Part shown: positions 13,001 to 25,100 of the stretch, in pieces | Numbering within the stretch: position 1 is the first letter of the stretch | How the letters are laid out: the number at the start of each line of letters is the position of its first letter | Source of the DNA: Acanthaster planci | Lineage: Eukaryota | Direction of reading: 5' to 3' | NCBI RefSeq assembly: GCF_001949145.1 | Contig: NW_019091359.1 | Span: forward strand, 2,580,861-2,644,860 | DNA length: 64,000 nt | The notes under the pieces: generated by a model | What the model saw: the letters and a program-made list of their open reading frames with translations, nothing else | What the model was told of the DNA's origin: nothing | Databases searched by the model: none | Translations under genes and position numbers: made by a program

Positions 13001-16000
13001 TCATAAAATAAGTTTCCTTGAGCGTGGTGGGTCGCTCAGTTTCTGAACAGGAAGTCAAGGCTACATGTACATGTACCGGTAGATGCCACAGATAGTCCTC
13101 GTCAGTTGTGATGTCATGTCTGTAGATTGGCTGAAGTCTTCAAAGTAGCTCTCTCATGTTTTCTAACAAGTTGTATGCTTCAGTCCAGGTGTACTCGAGT
13201 TTGTGGGAAAACGAGCAGTTTATGATGCCAGGAAAGGTTGCATGAAGTGTAAAAAAAAACTAGAACTCTTACCCAGTTTCATAGGGGAGGGTAATCTCTT
13301 ACTTTAATCGGTGGGATTTCATACATGTACATTTTACATTTAGATGTAACAAGCCCGTGACACAGTTGTGCAGTGCACCTGTTGCAGAGTAGAAAGTAAG
13401 TCTTTATTGAGAAAAAAAGGATGTGTACAAGTCACACATGTAGCCTTGAGTTTCATGACTACATTCAATCAGGAGATACATGTACATGCAAGGCGTAATG
13501 AAAGTTACAAATGTTACACACACCACCTGTCACTTCATGTAAAATGTAATCAATTGTTGCCACAGTTGATTGCGGTACTGGTGCAGTATGCCACCATGTG
13601 TAGGTATCCATATTTATGCTCGGCACATCAGGTGAAATGCATGTTCCATGTTGAAACTGTGCGACCTTGCTCTAGCATAGGCTACTTTGGTCTTGGAGAC
13701 TGTTCATTTATTGTGTACCGGCACATGGGTTAGTAGGAGAGAGGAGATGTGAATGGGGGAGAGAATTAGGAGGGACCGTGTGATTTTGACATTATATCCA
13801 TGGTATCATTTTACAACGTGTTATCTGTAGTAGAGGCACAGCTGAACCCAGCGTCCAAAGGAGATACAGTCAGAAAAACTGACGGTAGTGATTTGGGGCA
13901 AAATTCAGGAATTTTTTTTTATCTCATTCTCATAAACAGAAACTTCTGCGTCTGATTTATATTTCTGGGATTTTCACAACTAACAGCTGGGGAACAAATC
14001 TGCGTACAATCACAGTACTGGCACCTTTAATGTCGTACACTATGCAATTAAAAACTGTGTGCATGCTGACACATTTAAGGCCAAACCAAAAAGGGCTGTA
14101 TCAGCCTCTAAAATATTTCCAGGAGTTCACATTCCTATTTTCTCTGTGCATATGTACATTCTGGTTTCATTTTCCTGAATATAAAAGGGGATAACTGAGT
14201 TATTTTAGTATCTACATGGTACATTGTACTTCCTTGTTACTCCTGACTTGAGCAGTGTGTTTTTACAGTGTGTTTTTACAGTGTAAATGTACATGTACCC
14301 TACATGAGGCATTGTCTGAGTGATGTGGTTTGAAAGGAGGAAAAAATGACATGTTGTCAGTTCAGCCACCATTTTGTTTGCTGTGTTGAAACAACCTCGG
14401 GGTGTCAGCTGACCATATTTAGCCTGAGACATTTCAGACAGAACTCTGATACAGAAGTTCTGGTTATCAATCTGTGGATTGAACTGATCAAGTGGAACTG
14501 ATTCTTGTCAGCACAAAGGAAAGGAGCTTAACCAATCCTGGGAATGCTGAAAACAGTTCATCTAGGATATTGCTTCCTGGTCAAATTCCCAATAGTAACT
14601 CCCGCAGACTCCCTGAGCGTGCTGAGGGGGGATATTTCATTTGGAAGTTTGCCAGTGCTTGTCATGTTGGCTGCAGCAATTTTGAATCCACTTGGCTACA
14701 TTTGTATGGGACGCTGCTTCAGCCAGTAGTTAGTGGCTTCCACGTGCATATGTAGATTGTAAGCCGTAGCCTAATTGAGGAATTGTTCACTGCAGCTTCC
14801 AATCAGGAAGGCTTGTAGTATTGAAAGGAACATTTCAAAGGAACTTGAACAGTTCAAAGAAAGTGGTCCTTTATATTACTTTTTTATTTTTTATTTTTTT
14901 TTTTTTCATTTGGGTACAAATCAAGGATGTTCAGATCTCTTCATGTAGTAATGCACATGCTACACAAATACATACATCTCTTAATTTACAAGTGAAACAT
15001 ACCTGCACCTGCTTCTGTGCTTTAGGCAACTGAAAGATATGCATGTGTACACTGCACTTACATGTACAAGTACATGTGCTGGTATGTAGTGTGGTCTTAA
15101 TTGGTTCAGCGGTAGCGTAGGAATGAGGCAGTATTTACATTTTCATTTTTTTTCCTTGATGCACTTGCTGTACAAATCCATGCAGGATTATGGAGGATAC
15201 ATGTATCTTAACTGTGAACAAAATTAATTTTATATTCATAAGTAAGGATACATTGTACCTACAATGTAAGACAGTTCATCCATTCTTACTGGGCTAGAGC
15301 CTGTCACACGGCTTGTCTTAAATGACTGATAGAGGACTGGCTCGTGGGAGACACGTACACGAACGTGGCTGGAGGGGTGTTTGAAAGAATAGAGTGAAAT
15401 CATTGACCAGAGTTATTTGAAATTTGTAAAAAAATATGTTTACTTTATTTCATTTTCTGACTGCAAAGGTATTTATGAATGGGAATGTATTTGTGCTTTG
15501 GTGGTTGTACAAGTAAATATTCAGATCAGCTCAGGACAATGGACTCTGATAATGTCCCTTGCCTTTGGCTCCAGCCACTTATCAGCATCGGTTCTCTTGA
15601 TCCACCGAGCACATACAGGTATTTATTCACATATTAAAGACTACACATTTTGGCGTTGATTCCAACATGGAGGATTCCAACATGGAGGATGGTGCTCAGT
15701 GCATCAAAAGAAAGTCTCAGTTGGGGCTAGGAAATATCACCACCGGCACGTTGTGGCATGATCCTCTAGAGTATCGTTAAAAGTGTATCTTGGGGTCCAC
15801 ATCACTCAGACAGGTGCAAGTATCTTGTTTTGGAAGGCATTGGCACTGGAGTGTCGCCCCCCATTTCTCCGTTCATTCCCTATGAGGGGTGCAGTGTATG
15901 TTAGTGGTAACCCTACCATCTCCAGTAACTTGTACCCGTAGTTACTGTATGTGCGTGTACATGTCACATAGCTACTGAATGTCTTGTGTTTTTTTACAAG

Positions 16001-16118
16001 CTTGAAGAACATTCCGGAATAAAGTTGATCGCTTGGTACCATATTTTGTTGCTTTCCAGGGGGTGTTCCCGTCATCCCACGTGCATGTCAATGAACAAGA
16101 TGAATGCAGCAGTCAGGG
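4048..16118 (+). CDS. DOCK4: DOCK N-terminal SH3 domain (exons 1-4)
   Basis: Spliced translation MWKPVTENKVAVAIWTYRAARDGELSFKIGDTVNLLEFTEGWYRGCVSTDRTVTGVFPSSHVHV carries the SH3 motifs ELSF..GD, GWY.G and G.FPSS.V. Confidence 0.88.
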
Positions 16119-19100
16119 GTAAGTCACTAAAAAAGGAAAAATTGAATCTCACGCCTGTCTAGATATTGTAGCCTCATATTCAGTCTCACTTGAGAAGTGA
16201 AGCCCAAAAAGTAGCAGTGTTGAGTCCTTGAGTGTCCTAGGCCAATAAAAATGGACAAAGGAAAACTTTTAGGTAAAGTACATTCAAGTTCATAGGTAAA
16301 CCAGAAAAGCATTACAAATATTCAGAGTACTCATGCCTGATATGTGTGTATGTGTTATCAAAGATAGAGCACTGTCCTTCAAAGTGTCATGAAAATGGCT
16401 CAATACATTTAGTCATCAAAGAACCCAACCACCGTTATGAATCTGAGTCTTCCTCCAAATATTTGATCAAAGTACTTGATTTTATCCGTACTTGCAGTTT
16501 GCCATAAAATGTTCTTTGTTCAAATAATAGTTTGGCTGCAGAATTAAACATAAGCGTAATGTGTATGTACCTACATTTGATTTGATTTGATAAATATTCA
16601 CTATTCCCACAAAATATTATTACAAAAGATAAATTGAAAGAAATTCAAACTCAACGATTCCCAAAAGTGGAAATAGTAGGGATAAGGCAACAAAGTTAAA
16701 TTAACTTGTTTCCATTGCAGTCCCATTGTACATTTTCTCCCTCAGTGAATACTGCCATTCATGTGTCCTTTTATATTTCTGTCCATTGTGCAGGGGTTAC
16801 AAGCACTTATTCTTGGAATTGCGTGCTGGTTGGGATGATGGTCAGCAGATTCAGAGTTCTAAATGCATTATTTTCTATAAAACCTACTTTTCAGTTTCTC
16901 TTGTCATTATTTTCTTGGCGCAGGGAAAGTCAAATAATCACAGATAGCCTGATTGAGGAGTTGGACATTGTTCTCAAGGAGTGGCATCTAGTCTTGAAGG
17001 AGAAATTCAGAGTAAGCCCCACCATTGGGACAGTCAAGAAACAACACAGTAGCTTTGCATGGTTTCCTTTTCTTACGTGGAAAATTCAAAAATATTCATA
17101 TCAGGGATGGATAGGCAAGATGAATATTCAATGAGTGTGCACTCACAACTGTACGTAGTTGTTTTGGATATTCATATTCTTGTGAAAGTGGCCTATCACA
17201 GTTTCATACAGTGCTTGTTTACTTTGAATTTTAATCACATCATTGAATTTATAAACTAGTCTCATGCAGTCACACTGCAACCAATGTGGTTCATAAGCAC
17301 ACTGATACAGTTGTAATGGTTACCACATGTATGAGGCAAAGCATGACGGTCCATTACATATTGGTTGATGGTTGCGTGGGTTTGAAACCGGATGGGGATC
17401 ATCGTCCTTGTGTTCTTGGGCAAGACATGTGACTGTAATTGCCTCTCTACACCCAGGAGTACGTAGGGGCTCCCGGGAGAGTAAAGAATAGATTGCATTA
17501 ATTTGAAGCTACTGCATTTAAGTGATTTCATGGACTAATGAACAGGTGCACCAATCAAGGACTGATTTTAGTGACTAATGAAAAGGTGTAACAATGTGAA
17601 ACTCTAAGGCGACTGAATAAAATGCTTGTCGTATTCTCTAGTAACTTTGATATTAATTCATCTTGCCCCAAGAAATATACCATATGGCTGTTCAAGGAGG
17701 TACGGAAGGTTATGCTGGAGCTTATCGACCTACGACGGCAGCTGATGTCAGGTCAGCTGCCCCAGGAGCCAGCCAGGGAGGTTCGGATACAGATTGCCAA
17801 GAGGATGGACTGGGGCAACCAGCAGCTGAACCTAGACCTGGTGCCGTCCGTGGAGGGGAAGATCGTGGACACCACCAACACCAGCATTGTGGAATTGCAT
17901 GATGTGGTCAGTTTTGCTGGGTTGAGTCTAGAATATTGTTTTTTTTTAAGTTGTGGTTGAGCCCCATGGCAAGTCCTTCAAGTCCATTACAAGTCATTCG
18001 TTTGCACCTCAAGTCTGAATTTATTAAAGTGGTTAAGGTAAACTGTGATGAAACATTCTGTTGTCATTGTTTGCAGCGTTAATTACAACTGGTTTTGTTC
18101 CTAGACTTGTGATGGATTGGACTACAGTACTGTTGCTATTGGATATTTTTTGTAATGGGAAAACTTTAGCAAGTTTAAGAGTAACTAATAAGTTAAATAA
18201 GTTAAATATTGTTGTCCTTGGCATAATAGATTAATCAGAGTTTCTATAGTTAGCCATGGTGGCAGAGACATTCAACATTAGTTTCTGAATTCATGCTATT
18301 TGGTGTTTATGCCTGTGATACGTGTAGTTATACTAAATCTTGCTCACATTAGAATCAAATGACTTTTGATAGGGTGAAAGGAAACACTGCTCCTTAGAAA
18401 TCTTGGTACCTTTAAATCTTGTAGTTTGCGAATCAGACAAAATTGTGGTACACAATTCAAGTTTTGGACTCCATTCATTCATTTATTCACTTTCTTCAAG
18501 TCGTCGTGATGGGAATTTAAAGTGGAAATGTTTGGTTTTTTTGCAGCATTTCAGGAGTGTCGAGCAGACAGCACAGGTAAGTAGAATGAAAGTAACTGTG
18601 ATTGACGATGAGAAGGACTTTAATTATGTGCCTCACATCTTGTCTTAGATAACTTTCGTCTGTTAACTACTGGTTTTCGGGTGAATTAACGATTTGCTAA
18701 AACTTCAACTTCTAACAATTATTGTCTGTAAGGCCGTGTCTGAAACGGGCTTCCAGAGCTACGGCTAGGTCTATTGTCTGCGCGTCTCCACACATTTCCA
18801 ATGGAGCGAAGACCTAGACCTAGCTCTAGACAAGAGATTCAGATGCAGCTTAAGCAAAGCAACTTCATGTTATCAATGTCTACACAGGATAGTGACTTGG
18901 GAGGGTTTAAGGACTTGAGTGACTTTGCATGTTTGAGCAAAAAACAAGTTATCTTCGTTTGAAAAAAAATTAATGTCTTCGAATTTGGGTTGTTTTCCTG
19001 AGTGGGTCTGGGTGTAGCATATTGTCCAGTGTTGTACTGAGAATAAGAATTCCTGATAACAATGAAAAGAGTTATTTTGTTGGTTGTTTTATGACATGAT

Positions 19101-22100
19101 TTTTGGGGGGGGGGTTAGAGGGAATGGATACGGTTGGAAGATATTTTGTACACTTTCTGTTTGTGGGCTATTCCATTCATCCGTCCAAAGAAGTAAAAAA
19201 AAAAATTACAGTTCAATTCTAACAGTTAGTTTGTGTACTTTCAGCTATATGTTAGTTTGTCAATGCAAGGAGATTTCAACCTTTGAAATTATCAGTAAAA
19301 ATTCTAAGAGTCCTCTGAAGAAATTGTGACTGTAAATTTCACGGTGTTGTTTGTCATCCAGCAGAAAGTTCAAATGGCTGCAGCAGAATACATTCACTCA
19401 AAATTTATGTCAACTCTGTAAAAAAGTGGCTTCTAGTCCACTCTTGCAGATTGGCATCACAACTACAAGCAAATCCAGTCGTTGGGGTTTGAGTGCTCCT
19501 TGTTCTGTGTGAACTCTTACCAAAGTAGAAAAGAAAACTATGGAAAACTATGCCCAACTCATTGCCATGAAAGTGATGGGCCCTGCTTAGAAAGTAAACC
19601 TGAAAACAGTCTACCAAGCAGGTTACCTGTTGTCTGTTAGCCTTTTATGCAAAACTAGAGTTTCCAGCTCTTAGCAAATCTCTGTACATATGGCAGATGC
19701 ATGAAATTTGCCCTTGTGGAAAATGGACAATAAGTTGGTAATTTTCAGGGGGGGAGAACTTGGAATCCAAAGATGATCGGAATGGCCCTCACAAACGCAT
19801 TTGATTTTACATGTACCTCACTTGCCCTCTGCGTTTATAAGTCTTTTGTGTTTACCCGTTGGTCGATTGCTGTCTCAACCTGTTTGGTCTCCCCTGTTTC
19901 TCTGTGAGTGTGCCATGATGTCTCTCTCTCTCTCTGTGTCTGTGTGTTGACCTAATGTAGCAGTTTGTGGATGCAGGAGGTCTGCAGGTTACCTCATCTG
20001 CCAAAGACATAGCACCTCCCGCCCAGGTGTGTCTGGAACTCCAGCAAGCTTTTGCATCAAATCTTAAGCCTTAATATCATGCTTATTCTATCAGCTTCCA
20101 AAACTCTTCACAGGACCACATCATGGCTGAAATCCTACAAAAACTGTGCCGATCTTAATGATAGGCAGTGGCGTTGACATGCCGCTGTTTGCATGCACGC
20201 AGATTTTTCTGTTGTTTTGCTACAATTCATTCCAATTTAGCCTTCAAAGTTAGCACAAGTTTGTCACGTTTACTGCTTGTGGTTTCCTATGAAAGACAGT
20301 AGGTGTTGAAGCAGAAAATTTGGGGCTAGAAAAGTCAAATTTCTTCTGTTATAGTTTTGCATCTATTTATCAGAAATAGAATTTTTGAGATTTCAGAAGA
20401 AGAGAAAGTATGAAAATCAAGTGTTGAAAAAATGGAAAATTAAACAAGTGCAGGTTAAGAAGTGTGATTTTGAAATATCAGAAACACTGAGAAAATCAAC
20501 CCTCCCTCACCATAATCAGATATCCATGGCAATCTCCAGACACCATTTTCTTATACTAATACCGGGCAACTATCACCCTGAGGCCATGTTTGCCTGGAGT
20601 CTTATGTTGCTGACTGTGAATGCTGGATTCATTGCAACTATCACCCTGGGGCCATGTTTGCCTGGAATCTTATGTTGCTGACTGTGAATGCTGTTTTCTT
20701 TGCAAAGTGGCTGTTCAGTGCACAGACTCCAAGACAGATCCTGTCTTTGAATATTTTCCTGTGCTTCAATGCAGTATTTCATTTGCTGCCTTTATTCTGT
20801 TGCCCTGCTCCTATATGGCATTAATTTTTGCTTCAGTTAAGCTTGGATTATGTCATTTGTATATTTGCATCTTTTGATCGACACTCATTATTTAAGTTTG
20901 CTGCCTGCTTTCTTATTACATCAGATTTTGTTTGACCACAAAAGCACTAATTGGAGTGGATATTTTCCCATTTAATTTTGTTGTTTGAACATTGTGGCTG
21001 TGCTGTGTTTAGAAGATACTAGTTGTGAATGAGAGACGCAGGGAAAAGATTTCAAATCGTTGACCTGTGATCGATTTTGCAGATCCAAGGCAAACCCTTA
21101 GAGGGGATATCATCCTTTTCCCACCACATCCATCATATCCACTTACAACTCAAAAACTTTGGCTGTAGCATCGGGGAGGAGGCCCAGGCATTCTTTGCGC
21201 TGTACGACGCCAAAAGCAACCACTTTATCAGGTGAGATAAGCTTGTCCCAAACCTGAGAGCCAATAATGAGATGAAGGTTTGTGGTAACACCGTCTGTCT
21301 TTTTGTGAGTGAGGCGTTCTCCTGATGATCAGAGTATTATTGTCCAAAACTTGAAAGAGAACCTGTAAGGAAAACTTCTTTTCTCTGATTTTTATCTGTT
21401 CAGATAAGATCCAAATCGAATGCAGTGTCAGTTGTCTTCAGAGCTCAACTATAACAAGCTTAAAAAGGCTTTTTTTCTGTTCATGCCAAGATGCAAATTC
21501 TGAATGAGCCCTTGCCCTGTGTTCACAGCTAGCCATTGTCTGGCATGCACAGGGGGTATATCCACTATGAACATAGGGTGAGGGTTCCTCTCGTTTTCTC
21601 CGTTTTCTCTGAATGACGCAGTCTACATTCAGAATTCGCACCTTGGCATGAACAGAAAAAAAGCCCTTTTAAGCCTGTTATAGTTGAGCTCTGATGACAA
21701 ATGACACTTCGTTCGATTTGGATGCTTCTGTATTTATTGGAACAGACAAAATCTGAGAAAAAGTGTTTTACTCAGAGGTGCTCTTTAAGTCAACCAGTTC
21801 CCTTCATAACTCCAGTTGATCTTACATGTATTACCACATTTAGTTTTGGGATATTGCCTGTAAAAATCTGAATATTGAGACATAGCAAAGTTGATGTATT
21901 TCCAGTAACTCTGCTTCCATGTTGATGTGGTTTGACTGCTTCTTGTCTCTTGTTTCCAGCGAACGATATCTTGCCAAGTTCAACAGGCTGGGTGTACCAG
22001 ACAACATTGACAAGATTGGCAACTTGTGCACCATATTCTGTGTAAGTTATGATTTTATACTAAACCTTATTCATGAGGAAGCCATTTTTAATCTTGTTGC

Positions 22101-25100
22101 CTGAATCTGTCGTACAAATTAGAAACTGTTGAATTGGGTGGTATCCAACTGTTTCGGGATTGGTGGGCAATCCAAGGCTCTCTTTACTTGGTTTTCAAAT
22201 TATGGCCATAATCACTTAAGTACACTGTACTTTCACATGCTTTCCATGTACCAAGATAACGGCCCAATTTGAAGATGGATTGGTGTGGATAAAGCTGTTT
22301 ACTTACAGACATAGGAAAGAAGAAAGTTGTCCTCCCTTGTTATAAATTCACAGCTGCCCAAAACAGCTGCACAAAGGTGGAGACATTTGACAAATGGGGA
22401 AGTCAGGTACCTTTAACCACTTGACGCAGGATGACGTGTAAACAAACACACTTTTCCTTATTTGTTCCACGGAGGACGTGTACACTCTTTTAAGACTTTG
22501 TTTTTCATTTCCGCGGTTGACGTAGTAATGTGTCGTGATTGGCTGCGTCATAAATAATTGCAATTTCGAAAAAATTGTAGGGAAACCCCCCCCAGCAGCT
22601 TTTTTGATAAAAAATATCCGACGTTAACTGGCTATGAATAAATAAATGATTAGGCTGAGCACTGATACAATTAGCTATTAGTACCAGGTTGAAATTCTTT
22701 TTCTGCCAAATTCCTTGTGCTAGTGAAGTTCTATAAATTTGTTTCTTGCTGATCCATGTTTCTTCAGGATCTAAGCACCAAGGACTTGGGCCGGGACTTA
22801 TATCTGACCTGCCACATTATCAGAGTTGGAGCCATGGTACCAACCAACAAGAAGCACGCTTCCAACTTCAGGAGACCTTACGGGTGCGGCGGTAAGTTGA
22901 GAATGTACCGAGAGGCTGGCGGTGATTGCGGGCATGGGCAGAGACTGATAATGCCCCGTTCAGAATATTGCAGGAATGGAGTAAGTCTGTGAATGAGACA
23001 TAAATTGTAGCCAACGGCTACTGCTATGCACTGTAACAGTCCAATTGCAGTATTCAAAGCCATAGCCACAACATAGTTAATTCAGACGCAGCGTTTCTCT
23101 TGCTACATTCCTTTTTCAACAAATTGTTTGGTGACCATAATAGGAAGCCATCACTCTGAAAACACCACGTTCTTGAGCAGGTGGTACATGCAGCATGATA
23201 TGTACCTTCAACTAATCTATTATAGGGTGAATATGCCTGCTTGTCTCAGGTTGAAGAAGGCATGCAAGAGTGGTAGCCTCTCCTCCAATTAGCCTATTGA
23301 GGCCCTCTTAATGTACCATGGAGTCTGACATTTTTGTCTGAAGTAACCATGGTAACTATGAAGAAACTTGTGCTGTTAGACCAGTATTTATGCTGACATG
23401 CGTGTACAAAAAACCCATCATGAGTTCATGTACGTATGGCACGTGTGTTTGAACGTGCATTGTAAAAAAGCATGCGTTAATGGGCCTTTCCCACAAAATA
23501 TGCAAATTAGACGTGCGCTACTACCATTGGTTGGCAAGTGCGGCCGTCAACACTGTTGGCGTGGTAGGGGAGCTGCTCTAACCATAACCTGGCACGTTGA
23601 AGATCAATCCAAACCGTATTACAGCCTTTGTCCGATATTTCAGCATGCTTTTCTCGAAACTAAGTGAAGTTTTTAGTGCCCTGCGTTTGGAAAGTAACAG
23701 TTCTTTGTCGTTAGTTTGGCAATCGTGTCAAACTATACTTGTACAGAAACGGCTTGTATGTGCTCGTAGCTACGCGCACAGAGCTTTGTATTGTTATGTC
23801 ATTGATCTAAGCAACTTTGCCAACCAGTGGTGGTTATGCGCATGCACCCGGCCTTATATGGGAAAAAGTCCAATGCCTGCAGTGGGCGGGGCTTACTGGA
23901 TCCATCTATTCTCTTATCCTGTCAATCATTGGCCCCATTTCTCCTCTTGTTTTATATAGTCATCAGTTTGTCGCCCATTCTGTCCGAAAAGATTGATGAC
24001 CAGTCCACAACAAAGGACACCGTCATGAAGATTTTGTAAGTAAAAGAGTTTGTCCTTGTCGTTTGTTTGTTTCCGTAATGCTGGCCTGAATCATATTCCG
24101 ATGCAAATTCCCCAAACAGAGAGTATAATTTAGGGTCTTTGAAGGAAGAGTGTCCAGAAAATATACACAAAATAAGTGTAGTCGTGTGTACCGGTGTAAC
24201 AATGTTGTTTTTCTGAAACATTGCATAACTGTGAAATGATTTGCCTTTATTTTATGTTTAGATTCATGTGAAAGAATGTTGTACTGAGTAAATGTTCAAT
24301 GTTTCATTGGTTTTTTTTTTTATAGCTGTAGGAAGTTTTGAGCCGGAATGCATTTGGAGTAAGGATTTATTCTAAAAGACAAAACTGGAAATCCTGCCCC
24401 CGTTTGACATCTGTCAATTCATTCGTAGAATTGACCTGTAAACTTTGCCGTCTTCATTTTGATTATCTTTCAACAACAGCCAAGGATCCTCGGAAGCTGA
24501 GTTCTTCCAGTTACATGAGAACATCATCCGCAAGCATGCCAACAAGACGGGCTCGACCAGCACCACCAACATCGGCATCTCGCTGGCAGTGCGCATGCTG
24601 CACGGCCACTTTGACCAGCTCAAGCGCGAGATGCCGCTGCTTTTTAGTAAAGGAGTCCCCACTACGCGCAAGCTGGGATTCTCTGATGTCATCATGCCGG
24701 GTAGGAGCTCACATTAGGAGACAATGAACACAAGTAGTCTTTCTATCATAACCTACATGCACTTTTGGGATATGGGTCATTCCACGAAGTTCGGGTACAG
24801 TTTGTGACGGCGTCCCTTGTTACATCAGTGAAAATAAACATCTTTTTTCCCTGCATGTGGATTCTAAATTGACATTGTTCTAAATCTTGCTAGGTTCTTG
24901 TAGTGATGGGCTTCATCTTTGCTGAATAATGATGACTTAATCTGTTGTAATGTGAAAATTAACGGCAATAAAAGTTACCGATGTAACAAAGGACGCCGTC
25001 ACAAACTCTGCCCGAACTTCATGGAATGACCCATATACTTTTTTCAGTATGTTTACTTGTATCAAATTTGATTGCAAGTGTCTGGTTTGTGATATCTTAG

